NCBI GenBank assembly: GCA_000388065.2
Contig: KB932202.1
Length of the DNA stretch: 64,000 nt
Source: Fonticula alba ATCC 38817
Taxonomy: Eukaryota; Protista; Nucleariida
Reading direction: 5' to 3' (one strand)
Positions 46,804-59,281 of this stretch are shown piece after piece. Each line of letters starts with the position of its first letter. Positions within the stretch are counted from its first letter, which is position 1. A program made the position numbers and the translations under genes. The notes beneath the pieces are model-generated. The model was given only the letters and a program-made list of their open reading frames with translations. It made no database searches and was not told the origin of the DNA.

Positions 46804-47462
46804 GCACCTACGCCCCTCGGCAGGGGGTGGTGCCATCATCGCATGTCCCCCCTCGCCTGGGCTGTCTGCGCCCGGCTGCCGGCCGCCTGTGCCCTGCCAC
46901 GCCTGCTGAACAGGCTTGGCCGGGGCGCGAGGGCCAAAGAGACACCGAGACCGAGCGAGACCCCGCCTCGCTCCCGGGGCAACGGTGTTACCACCGCCGG
47001 CCGCCAGCGCGCGCCCCATCCACCCTCGACGATTCTCCCTCTCCCCCTCCTCCCTCTCGCCGGTGTGCCTGAGCGCATCCCCCCCCCCCCCCCCNNNNNN
47101 NNNNNNNNNNNNNNNNNNNNNNNNNNNNNNNNNNNNNNNCCCCCCCTCCCTTCTCCTCCTCCACGCACACGCACCTGTCATTCATCAATCATCACAATAC
47201 ACCAAATTCCATCCAGCCTCAGATTCAGCAGGCCTGTACGGCCGGCGGCGGCCGGCCCTGGTGAGGAATCACGTGTGGCTCCGGCACAGCGAGGCGACCG
47301 GGGACGCGAAGGACGCGCGGAGCACCTCCCTGGAGGCAGAAGGCCAAGCACGCTGGCCGGGGGGGTTCGCCCCTTCGAAGGGGGGGGGATATATTCCCCG
47401 GCTCGCCTGTTCCCGCTGACACCCTCTTCTCTGGCCGCCGCTCATTCACTCATCGACCAAGC

Positions 47463-48331
47463 ATGCCTCCCGCGAGCTGTGCTGCCAAGGCCGGGACACC
47501 GGCGGATGACTGCCTTGTCTGTCGATCGCGGCCCGGCGGTCTGACCCAGGTACCCCCAAGCGTCCTTGTCCATGGTTCGTCAAAGAGCATCGCCTTCTCT
47601 CGGGCTGGGGGGGGGTTCTCTGCTGTGCATGCACGAATGGGCAGGCCCATTCCCACATACATGCACACATGCATGCTTGCATGCTTGCTATACAGATGTG
47701 TGCGTGTGCGCGCGTGTGCCTGTACATTGACCCTTGTCATCGATAGCCGGCGGTGGGTCGCTTGTGCCCGGGTCGCTGGCCGAGCGTCAGGCGCTGCTTG
47801 CCTGCCGGCGGGCTGCCCGAGCAGCCCTCCAGCAATTGGCCCGCTGTCCGGGGCACCTGCCGACCGGCTGCACCAGGCTACCGATGGATGAGGCATCGGC
47901 CGCGCTCGAGGCCGCCGTGGCCGCGGCCGAGGTCCTCGAGCGCAGCACCGGCCCCAATGCCGGCCTGGACAGCACGCTCACCCTGCGGACTGGACGCGTT
48001 GAGGCCGATGCCGCGGTCATGTGCGGTCGGGCGGGGGATTTCGGCGGCCTGGCCGCGTGCCCGGGGATCTTGCGGCCCGTTCGATTGGCTTTGGCCGTCC
48101 TCCAGCGCTCTCGGGCCGGCTCCGGCTCGGGCCTCGATCCCGGCGGTCGAGTGCTCCCCTGGTACGCGGGCCCCCGCCCCTGTCATGTCCCTTTGCCATT
48201 CAGCACGCATTCCCTTCTGAATGTGTCCCTCCTGCGTGTGCTTATTTACACCTGTCCGCGCATGTACACACACATGCACACATGCACACATGCACACATG
48301 CACACATGCACACATGCACACATGCACACAT

Positions 48332-48368
<37 letters not shown>

Positions 48369-49761
48369 CACGCACACACACACACATACACACACACACA
48401 CACACATACATGCACGCATACACACACGCGCACGCACATGCACGCATACACACATGCACACACACACACACATGCACGCATACACACACGCGCACGCACA
48501 CACGCAACGCACGCACCTCCCCATAGTCTTCTCAGTGGTGAGGGCGGCTGGACGCTCGGTCGAGAGCTCGATGCATCCAAATACCCTTGCTCTGAGGAGC
48601 CACTCGTGGTCGACCGTCCCACATACGCTGAGGCCCTGGTCTCCGGGGCCCTAGTCACTGGTCCGTCACCTGCCGGCCCACCCTCCTGCCTCCCATTCGA
48701 ACGTGGCAACCACTGACCCCCATGAGCACGGTGTGCTCTCGGGCCGGGCGTTGGAACCCCCGCAGAAAAGCGTGCTGCTCAGCGCATTCGGCTCCTGGAT
48801 GTCTACGCTCGGAATGCCAAACGGGCACGGCTTTCCCCGGCGGCCCACCCGGGCAATGCCCATGCCGAAGTGCCAGCCTCAGGACGCGAGCCGGCGCCTT
48901 CGGACTCCCCGGCCAGTGTCCCGCCAGGTGGCGACACGATCGGCGTTTGTGTCATCGACGGGGCCGGGCGAGTTGCCTGCGCCACTTCCTCCGGTGGCAT
49001 TTGGCTCAAGGAGGAAGGCCGTGTGGGATCGGTGCGTGTGGTGGGGCCCTGCCGAGGCTGGCCGGTGGGCGTTGGGCTCCTCGCCAGCGCATCCCCCCTA
49101 ACCGCCATCGCCCACCATGTAGAGCCCCCTGCTGGGGGCCGGACTCTATGCCAGCGCCTTTCGCAGGGAGTCCGGACGGTACGGCCCCAGGCCCATGCCC
49201 CCGGTGGGGGTCTGTACCACCGGCCGCGGGGAGCAGATCATTCGCACGCAGCTGGCCCGCGAAATGGCAGATGCCGTCTCCCAAGCGGGAGATCCCCTGA
49301 TCGAGGTCCTGGGCCGGGCATTTCGCCATACCTTCCTCGGTGCGGCCGGCTCGCCCATCGATCACTGTCTTGCCTGCTCCTCCTCTGACCCTCGGCCTCC
49401 CGGCCCTTCTTCTTTCCCTCCCCCACGGTCCAACTTTGCTCCTCCGTGCGGCCCCAGATGCTCCGCAGCTTTCGAGCCACCCTGTCCGGGATGGGGGTTG
49501 CATCGTGATGACTGCCAGCCGCGAAGGTGCGCACATGCCGGCGGTCCTTCACTTTGCATCGGTGTGTCACTGACAGTCGCATGGGGGGGGGGAGATGCAG
49601 ATTGCTCAGTGGACATTGGTTGGGCCCACTCCACCGACACGCTACCGGTGGCTTTCGGCCGCCTGGAATGGGATCCCGCCGCCGCTCGGTGGCGGGTCGG
49701 TCGAATTCAGGTGCGCCCACATCGCCGGGCGCTTGGCTTCGTCGCCCAAAAGCCCGTCTAA
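47463..49761 (+). CDS. TASP1: Threonine aspartase 1 (taspase-1)-like Ntn hydrolase, type 2 asparaginase family, ~7 exons
   Basis: Spliced VLVH|AGGG, PNAGLDSTL, EADAAVM, PC|LLSGEG, autocleavage site D|TIG (Thr codon 48936-48938), ATSSGG.WLKEEGRVGS, TTGRGEQIIRTQLARE and WAHST. These fit taspase-1 better than plant-type asparaginase (HAG, SSGG). Confidence 0.82.
48260..48512. repeat. Compound (CA)n/(CACACATG)n microsatellite in a TASP1 intron
   Basis: Directly visible, ~250 bp, inside intron ~48164-48526. Confidence 0.95.
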
Positions 49762-50416
49762 CATCAGCATGTCGACACAGGCCCTCATATCCAGGCGCCC
49801 GGCCCGAGTGAATGCGGGCCCCGGCCTCACCACCGGCGGAGCGCACTTCCCCGGCGTGCAGGCGGCCGATGCCCCCCCCGGGCCAAGCTTGTGAGGGGCA
49901 ATAAAAGGAAAGAAGTAAGACCCCTTGGAGGGACGACGGCACATGCAGAATGCAGCAACCATGGCGGCAGATGGAGGGAAAGACAAGGACATTCACATAT
50001 ATTTACAAACACATATGGTTATGTGGGTGGATGGGCGGGCAGGCAGGCGGGGCGGGCGGGCGCGTACATGTGCGCATGCGTGCGCCGGCCGATGGCTGTT
50101 CCCCGAGGGGTGCGGAGGCTGGTGGGAACCCTGAAGGGCGGTGTGGGGGGGGTGCCTGTGCATGGGCCATTGTGCAGGCGCGCGAAGGTGACATGCCGGC
50201 CCATGGCCAGCGGCATGAACGCACACGCACACATATGCATCTACAAGTGAAGGGACGAAAAGAGATGCCTGGGCGTTTGCCTGCGCGGATGGGCCACATA
50301 AGAAGAGCACAGTATCCCAACAGACTGATGGTGGGAGGGGGGGGGGGGGGCAGGGGCGCACACTGGCGCGGCCAGCACGGGACCACGCCCAAGGTCCCAA
50401 CATGGGGATCTCCCCC

Positions 50417-53400
50417 TCACCGAAGCTGTGCCCCATCGGCATCACAGAATTCCCGGACCAGCGTGATGGCAGTCAGCAGCCAGTCGGGGATCTCCGGCTG
50501 CGCGCCCGCCGGAGCGCGAGCCACAGCCACATGTAGCGCCAGCTGAATGGCCAGCACCACGCGATGGGCGTAACGGTTCAACTCCTCCAGCATTTCCTCC
50601 AACACCGTCTCGCTGGTCAGCTGCCGTCGACAGGGGAGGGGGGGGGGTAGGAGAGAAGGAAAGAGGAGGGGCGGAGGGGAGAGCGGGCAAGAGTCAGCAT
50701 GGGAGGCGACCAGCGGCTGGCAGGCGGGCGGCTCCATCGGGGCACCGGCGTCCGGCAGGGGAGAGGAAGGGACTTGTGCCCAAGTGTGCGCGTACCGTGG
50801 ACTGCTGCGGGACCTGGGGCAGGGGAAGGTGGGCGAAATGCCCAAAGGAAGACAGGTGCTGGGTGCCAGACAGCAGGGCCAAAAGCTCCGGGGACCGGCC
50901 GGAGTCTTGGGCACTGGGGCTGGCAGGGGCCACGGCGCCGGCGCCGGGCCCCCCCTCCGAGCGGCCACTGCCACAGCGGCTGCTCAGGGTAAAGTGCAGC
51001 TGGAAGAAATCCTCGAAGGTCTTGTAAACGCAACGTTGGGCAGGCGGCTCTCCCTGAACCGGGAGCAGGACATTGAGAGCGGGCTCGAAGATGGACACCT
51101 CGAAGGCCTGATGGCACACACGGCGGAAGAACCGAAGGCCAAGAGGGGGGAACAAATGTCAGACATGGGCAACAGGCCAAGCATGGGACAGGAGGAAAGG
51201 AATCGGAGGAGGAGGAGGAGGAGGAGGAGGAGGACGCACGAAGCCGGCCGAGGCGGTCAGGCGCTGGAAGCGGTTCTTGACGCCGGTCCGGCGCACAGCC
51301 CCCAGAACATTGAAAGAGGGCAGTGAGAAGGGGTCCGAGGCATCAAGTTTGGACGAGGCGTCCACCGTCCGGGGGAAGGCCATGCTTTCGAGGGAGGCAA
51401 AGGAGACACTGTGTCACGGGGGGAGATGCCCGCGAAGGAAAAAAAAAAAAGAAGCCCGAGAGAGAGAGAGAGAGAGAGAGGACGGGAAGGGGGTGCCCAG
51501 GCGGGTCAGTCGCTGGGCCGGCAGGCACAGAGCCCAGGAGCCAGGCAGACACAAGACAACATGGCGACAGACGCACCTGGGCCGGGACGAGGGAAGAGCG
51601 CGGCACAGACTGACATCCGACTGGAGGAACTCTGCCAAGTAGGCCGGGAGCCCCGGGCCATCGGGGCGGAGTGTGAAGAGGGCATCCGCCAGGGCCAGCG
51701 GCGGGGAGTACTCCCCGGCGCCCGAGGCCGAGTGGATGGAAAGCCCCGAAGACCGGAAAGAGTGGTGCGAGGGGGAGGGAGATAGATGGCCGCCACCGGC
51801 CCCGCCGGGGCCCCGGTCGACAGACCCCGTTCGGGACAGGCCCCCTGCCATGCCGGTGGGCGGCAAGAGAAGCTGCCCAGCGGCTGGTGCCGCCGAGGCC
51901 GGGGGGGGATCGCGGGCCCCCATGGCCAAAGCCGGGCCCTCCTCATTGGAGGAATTGGTCGACAGGGCCCGTGCGCGCGGCTGCTCAAAGGTGTCGGCCA
52001 GAATATGCGGCCGGCTCCGGGAGGCTGACATCCGGGTGGAGGATGACAATGACAGGGTCCGGAGGATGGAAGTCCCGCCACTGGTGGACAGGCCACGCAC
52101 CGAGCCCCCAGCCCCGCCGGAGACCGAGTGCCCGGATTGCGAAGAGGCCACCGAGCTCAGGGAGGCCGAGGAACTGGACAAGTGGACGGAGGGCGCGCCC
52201 CCGGTCGCCGAGCCCGCAGAAGCCTCCTCCACCGGGGAGCAATACGTTTCGGCCATCTCGCCGAGCCCCAGATACGAAGCGAAGCTCAGGGTATCCGGAT
52301 CACGGTTCTTTAGCAGCTCGATCAGGTTGGTGGAAATGTCCTCAAAGAGACTGGCAATGGCCAGCGAGGGGAAGGTCAGGAACACACGGCCATGTCGGGA
52401 GGCCTGCCCAGAAAAGAAGGAACGGGGGGCGAGCGGCCAGGCCGAAACCGAGCAAAAGAGAACAACGCGAAAGGAGGACAGACAGACAGACAGACAGGGC
52501 AGCGGGGGACGACAGATGGACGCACGCATTCCGCTGCTCCGGCGTCCGCGTGGCCAGGAAGACCATGGGCCGGGACTGGAAGTCGCCGGAGAGCTTGGAC
52601 AAGAAGGAGGACATCGGATCGCCATCCACCTCCTCGATGATGTCGGGTGTGGCTTTGGACAGGAGAACCGACGGCAGGAGGGAGATGATCATGGCCGTGC
52701 CGCTGACATCCCCAGGCAGGGGGATGGCCTCAACCCGGGCCAGCGGCCACCGAGCGACCAGCTCCAGTCGAGCCGGACCCCCGGGCAGCTGCTCGGCCGG
52801 CGGGCCATCAAGCAGGGAGTTGGGGTGGACCCCGGACACGGCGCCGGCCAGGCCGCTGGAGGATCCGCCGCCGGTGGCCGCGGCACCGGCCACCGCCCCG
52901 AGAGAGGCCCCGGTGGCGGCTGACAGCGATCCGCCCGACAGCGATCCGCCGGCCCCACCGGCACCGGATCCGGAGCCGAGCACCGCGCGCACCACCACCA
53001 GCAGATCGTCGAGGATGTAAATGGCACGCGGCTCGCCGACCAGGGCCGGTTCCACGCGCTCGCCGAAGAGCCCACGCCGCCGGTGCGAGTCCACCAGACT
53101 GGCACTCCGGCGCTTGGAGGCGGGCCCCATGCCTCCGGGCGGGGGAGCCGCCACGAAGACCGAGTGCACACTATGGATGATCCGGCGCCGCTGGCCGGCC
53201 GGGCCGCCACCGAACCCCGGACCCGGCAGGAAGGAATCCGCCTGGCCAAGCTTGGCGAAGCGCCGCTCGAAGGCGACCAGGCGCTCGGCCGCCTCGAGCG
53301 CACGCTTCTCCTCATTGACCATGTTCACGATGTCGGTCATTTGCTGGAGAATGTCCACCAGGGCGGCCTGGTCCGGGTGGCCTTCCGGCGTGTACCGCAG

Positions 53401-56400
53401 GATCTCCCGCAGCAGCAGCGGGTACTTGCACACACGCTGGGCCGGCGTCAGCAGGAAGGAACTCAGGGCCAGCCCGCGGGCAGGCGACCCGGGCAGGAAG
53501 GCCGCGCCATCTAGACCGCGCAGGGCATCAGCCGCGCGCGATCCATACTCCCCCGCACGCAGGGCCGCCACCAGGGCCAGGGCCGCCGGCGTGCCGGAGC
53601 AGTGGGCCACATACGCCCGGAAGAGGGGCAAAATCGGGCGAATGGCCGGGGCCAGCACATCTACCAATGGGCAGGCCAGGGCCGCCGCCCGCAGGCGCCC
53701 ATACAACCGGGCACTGATGTCTCGCAGGACGGCCAACTGGCCAAAGAGCCGGGTCTGGGGGAGACGGCCATCCGGGGCCAGATGCCCGGCCGGCATGCCG
53801 GCTGCCTGCCCGGCAACCGGGTCCTGCAGCGACAGGAGACCCACCTGGCGCAGAGGTCGCTGGAAGTACAGCTCCAAGACCAGCAAATCGCGCAGGTAGC
53901 TGCCCTCCGTGCGAACCAGCTCGAAGATGGCCTCCTGGCGACGGAGGGCATCCCGCGGCAGGGCTTCCGCCAGGGCCGGGTCGACCGTGTCCCGCCACAG
54001 CACATGACTCTGGCTCAGGGCACAGGGAGGCTGGGCGGCCACATTGCCGACAGACCCCCCCGGCAGGTCGGCCCCTGGCGAGTCGGCCGCCGTGTGGCGA
54101 ACAACAATCGGTCGCAGGGTCCCGCCGGCCGCCGGGCCAATGGACCCGCCCCCGGAGGCCGGCTTCTTCGGGCGCTTGGAGCTTGTGCTGCGGCTGGGCT
54201 GGTCAATCAGAGTGCCAACGGCCGGGGTCCCGGGGCGCAGGGATTCCGGCAGGACGGCGTCCGCCTGGGTGCGGATGTCGCGCTCCAGCTCGGCCTCCGT
54301 CGACAACCGGACCAGGGCCCGGTCGGCCAGCCGACGCACGGCCGCCAACGGGAAGAAGCCGGCCGGCCGATGGGCAACCAGCAGCTCGGTTGCCGAGGCC
54401 GGCATACTTGCCTCCTGGCTGCCCGGCGGCTGCTGAAGGAAGCCCACGCACTCGGCGGCCCAGGCGGCCCCGGGGGGGAAGGCATTGGCGCACATTTGAC
54501 GACCAAATGCCCACCCGGCCGCGGCCGGCGGGGTGGCCTTGGCCGGGGGCTCCTGCACGCGGATGAAATCCCCAGGTCCAAGCGACAGGAGGGGCTGCTC
54601 CGGGGTGGACCCCCGGGCGCCGATGGCGGCCGTGGCAAAGACCACGGCCCCCGCGCTTGGGGGCTCCGGCCAGTGAGCGGCATCCAGCTCGAGGCCCGCC
54701 ATGTCCGGCGGAGTGTCACTGTCACCCGAGGAATCGCTGTAATCCCCATCGCTCGAGGAGGAATCGTCCTCGGAGATGGCCGTGCCAGAGAGGTTGATTG
54801 GGACCGATGGCGGGGCCAGGCGCGAGGGGGGCAGCGAGATGCGCCGCAGCTTGCCGGCCGACATGCTGGCGATTTGCGGCAGCACCGGCACGGAGGGGTC
54901 CCCCATCGGGGACCCATCGGACGGCTGGGCAGAGGGCTGCTCGGCCGCCGGGGGGGCAGGTGGACCGGGGGAATCCGTGACATCGGCATCGGCGATTTCC
55001 ATGATGGTTGAAACGAAGGAAAAGGCCTGGTCCAGACGAGCGGCCAGGTCCGAAGGACTCACATTCTCAGCTGGCGAGGCGTCCAGCGCCTCTCCCGGAG
55101 ATGTGTCCTCGGGCACGGCATCGGGCACGGCATCGGGCATGGCTGGAGGGACAGCAGGCTCGGCCGGGTTACAAGGNNNNNNNNNNNNNNNNNNNNNNNN
55201 NNNNNNNNNAAAAGGCCTGGTCCAGACGAGCGGCCAGGTCCGAAGGACTCACATTCTCAGCTGGCGAGGCGTCCAGCGCCTCTCCCGGAGATGTGTCCTC
55301 GGGCACGGCATCGGGCACGGCATCGGGCATGGCTGGAGGGACAGCAGGCTCGGCCGGGGCCCCCGGAGCGGGGGTGCTACTCAACATGTCGGACGTGCTG
55401 GGGGCAGGGTCGGCCGCCGGATTGGCGGTTGGCTCCTCGTCAGCCGCCGGAGGGGGCCTCGGGGGATCGCCAAGCGCAAGACCCCCCTCCGAAGGGGTGG
55501 CGGCGGCGGCGGCGGACTCGGGACACGTCTCGAGGGAAGTGTCGGAAGGGGCAGCTGCCGCAGGAGCCACAGGAGGAGCACCCGCCGCGAAGCCGGAAGA
55601 AGGGCCACCGATGGCGGCATCAAGCTCAGGGCCGACAGTTGGACTGGGAGGTGTGGCAGCATCGCCGGGCGTTGGGGCCTTCGTCGGGACCGATTGGCTG
55701 GGCGTCTGGCCGGGGCTGCTCTCCTCCGGGGCGGCAGACTCGGCAGTGGCCGAGGAGGTCGCCAANNNNNNNNNNNNNNNNNNNNNNNNNNNNNNNGCAG
55801 GAGCCACAGGAGGAGCACCCGCCGCGAAGCCGGAAGAAGGGCCACCGATGGCGGCATCAAGCTCAGGGCCGACAGTTGGACTGGGAGGTGTGGCAGCATC
55901 GCCGGGCGTTGGGGCCTTCGTCGGGACCGATTGGCTGGGCGTCTGGCCGGGGCTGCTCTCCTCCGGGGCGGCAGACTCGGCAGTGGCCGAGGAGGTCGCC
56001 ACCGACCGGGCGGCCGGCGGAGATGCGGGGCTGGCATCGGCCGCCGGGCCGAAGAGATTGGCCAGGGACCGGGGAACGGCCACCGGGGTCGGGCCCGAGC
56101 GGTCGACATCGGCAAAGATCTCCGACAGCTGCTCCATGAAAAAGCGCATCATGTTGATGGTTTTGATGACGTGATAGCGAGCGGCCTCGGACGACCGGCT
56201 GGACGGATTGGCCGCCTCGGTATAGAGGGTCACATCGCAGCTGAGAATGCTCGGGTGGTCCCAATAGTAGGGCCGGTCGGCGTCGTCGTTCAAAGGGCTG
56301 GACCCGGGCGGGGCCTGGTGGATGGCCGGGCAGCGCTGCTGCAGCAGGCGCTGAAAGGTGGCCCGGAATTCGTTGATGTTGCTGTAGTACTCCACGATCG

Positions 56401-56857
56401 ATCGGGGCCGCGCGACCCAGGTGAAGGTGGCGCATTCGGCCGGCCGGGGAAAGCTCAGCCGCCCAAGCAGGCACTCCAGCAGGGCGCAGAGGAGAACACC
56501 GCGCTGTCACCGTCGGGGAGGGGTCAGCGAAAAAGAAGGGGGGAAAAAAAGGCGTCCGGGGCGCGAGGGGGGCGGGGGGCATGGGAAGCAAACACGCACC
56601 AGGATCGTCTGCCAGAAGTCGGTCTCCAGGTCGATGCACACCTCCTCGGCCGAACTGCCGGCGCGGGTCCGGAAACACTGGTCCATCTCCCCGGCGATCT
56701 GGCTCTCGGTGAGCACATGCTTCAGCCAGACCAGGGTGCTGGCCTCGTGGCCCTGGTTCTCGCTGGTTTTGAGGCTCTTCCGAGCGGCGGTCATGCTGGA
56801 GTAGCCCGCGGCACCGGCACCAGGCCGGCCGGTGGCCGAGGCGCGCATCCGTCTCAT
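50417..56857 (-). CDS. Rho-family guanine nucleotide exchange factor: unknown N-domain, SH3-like, DH, PH and C-terminal PX-like domains
   Basis: DH motifs RRQEAIFELVRTEGSYLRDL and LSSFLLTPAQRVCKYPLLLREILRYTPEGHPD...VNEEKR. PH-like RAIYILDDLLVVVR...VFLATRTPEQRNA. SH3-like LSLGPGDFIRV...WAFG...GFFPLAAV. PX-like CVYKTFEDFFQLHFTL...LPLPQVP...ELNRY...VREFC. Confidence 0.85.
55020..55358. repeat. 149-bp direct duplication across an N gap (55020-55168 and 55210-55358)
   Basis: Identical sequence on both sides of gap 55177-55209. Confidence 0.88.
55560..56001. repeat. 205-bp direct duplication across an N gap (55560-55764 and 55797-56001)
   Basis: Identical sequence on both sides of gap 55766-55796. 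Confidence 0.88.
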
Positions 56858-59281
56858 GGCTGAGCAGAGGAGAGAAGGGGGCGGGGAGGGGAGGCGCACA
56901 CAGGGGGCGAGGAGGGAAGGGAGAGGGGAGGACGATCGACGGGAAGAGCAGCACGGGGGAGAAGGGGGGAGGGGGAGAGAAAGGGGGGGGGGGAGAGAGA
57001 GAGAGAGAGGAGGGTTCCTGTTTGGGCCGGGGACCCCGGATGGCGGGGCGAGAGTCCGCCCGAAAAGACCCGGCCTAGACACTCGCCCCGGGCGGTGGAC
57101 TTGCCAAAGGGATGGGATTTTCCCCTTGAGGCACATATGCCCCCCGCCCCCCCCCGTGGAAGACTGGAAGTGCAGGAGCACGGCAACGAGCGCACAGCGG
57201 GCGCCGGCATCAACGGCCAACAACCGGGCGCGTACGGTGGGAGCGGCCAGATCGCCCCGAGGGGCCGTGGGGGGGGGGGCCAGCGCAGAGGGGGCCGGAA
57301 CGAGCGCTGGCCGACCGCCGAAAAATAAAAAATACACCGCCATGTCCTCCCGGGCCCACCCGGCGCGCCGCGCCTCCTAAGGCGGTGCAGGCCGAGGGCC
57401 TCGACGCTTGACCACGCCGAGCAGGCCTCCTTTTTTTCTCTTCCCCCCTCCCCCCCCCCCCCCCCCCCGCCCGTAGAATCGCCAGGCCCGCGTTTGTACG
57501 CAACTCTCCGGATCAAGCAGCGGGAAATGACCCACTTTGCCCGGCATGAAGAAGCGCATACGGCACAGGGGGAGGGGGGGGGGGAGTCCTCTCGGAGGAT
57601 GCAACAGCCTTGCGTGGGCTTTTGCATGTTTGTCGTGTAAGCCCTCCCCGGCCCCGGGACACAACTGCCGGGCTCTCATCGGGCGTCATGCGGGGCGCGG
57701 TTGGCCACCGCATCCGTCACCGCGGCCTGGAGAACGCCGCCCAGCAATGATCGACCCAGGTGCGCCAACGGGCTGCCATCGCTCACCGGCGCATCCCAAG
57801 GTGAGAGGCGCAAATTCCGCCCCCACCGCCCGCCCCCGGCTCCGGCTTCCCTGTCTCACCAGGGGGAGGATGAGCCTCCAGCGCAGGGAGCCCCCCCCCC
57901 CCCCGCCCCCCTGGCCCCGGGGAATGTGCCCTGGAAGCCGGCACCCCCCCCGCCAGACACGGGGCACCGCAGGGAGCGGGGAGTCACGACGAGAACGAGC
58001 CCCCCGCCCCTTCCCTTTTGCTCTCCAGGCCGAGCGAGGGCGAATGGCGGCCAAGAAGCGGAGTCCCTGTGTTTCTCGCGCCTCCCGACACAGCGGGCAG
58101 GGCCACATTCATCCGGAAGCAAGGGCCGCAGGACGACGAGAGGCACCCCCCGCCGCGCCGTGGCCGTCGCCCTCCCCCCCCGAGCGGCCCTGGGACTCCG
58201 GAACAAACACATCATTAATTCCTCATTCCGCCCCCCCCCCCCCCGCCCCCCGGAGGGACCGCCCTGTACTCTGGGAGCTCAAGCAGCGCACCTTAGTCCG
58301 AAATGGGTTCCCGCCCTCCGGACCTATGCCACCTGCGCCCCCCCCCCCGCACCCCGGCTGGGTGGGCAGGCCGACTAACCTCAGGCCGACCTGGTGGAGG
58401 CAGTAAGCAGGAAAGGTAACAAACGGGGAGCGGGGGCGGACCACAGAGGGCCTGCCCGGCCGCGGGCACACGGCAGGCGAAACGAGAATGAGCATCCATC
58501 GGCCACAAAATGAGCAGGCATCTCCGTTGTGTTATTGTTCCCACTCGATTGCTCAAGAATGAGAACGGTGTCATGGGGCCGGCGGATGTGTGACCAGGCG
58601 AGCCCGCCGACGGGCCGGCCCGCGGGGATCATGTGCCTGGTCGTGAGACTTTGCTCGCTGGCACATGGTTCTCTCGGGCGGGGAGCCCCCTCCCGGCCCC
58701 CCGCGGCGGGTCTTGCCGCACGTCCCATTGTGTCCCAAGACCGAAATACGCCCCCCCCCCCCTTGTGGATGTTTCCTGGCCATCCTCCCGGCACAAGAGC
58801 CGACCGGTGCCGGGCGCAGTGCCCCCTGACACGGGCTGGGAACCAAGGCTGGTGGACAAGATCCAGCCGGCAGGGGTGTGTACGTCAGTTCGGCATGGCC
58901 AGAGCGGCTCCCCCGGCGGCCGCGGTCTTTCCCAACGGCCGGCCGTGCGCCTCCGACAACGGCATCTCCCCCCCCCCCCCCCCACGCTCGGGGGCCCCCC
59001 TTCAGTTGGTACCCCCGCTCTTGGGGCGGTCCCGGCGGCCGGCGGACGGCTCGGGCGTCGGGCATTTTCCCCTCTCTTTTTCACGCACCGCCCAAGACGC
59101 CGGAGGGCTGCGCCATGCACCAGCCCTTTACACCTGCCCCCTCCCCCCCCCCTCCCCCTTCTCCTCCGCTGCCTCCTGCCTCCTTTGTTCATCTTGACGC
59201 GGTCTTTGCCCGGTGAAAGAAGCCTCGCCGCCCCCCCCCTCCCTCTGTCTCTCTCTCTCTCTCTCGCCCATCCATTGCCCG

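Noticed and set aside
48221-48526. His/Thr- or Cys/Val-rich ORFs (metal-binding-like)
   Set aside because: These are translations of the intronic (CA)n microsatellite. The flanking exons join in phase (PC|LLSGEG).
55020-56001. Possible CRISPR-like or biological repeat array
   Set aside because: Only two long copies per repeat, each pair straddling an N gap, with no repeat-spacer periodicity and no cas genes.
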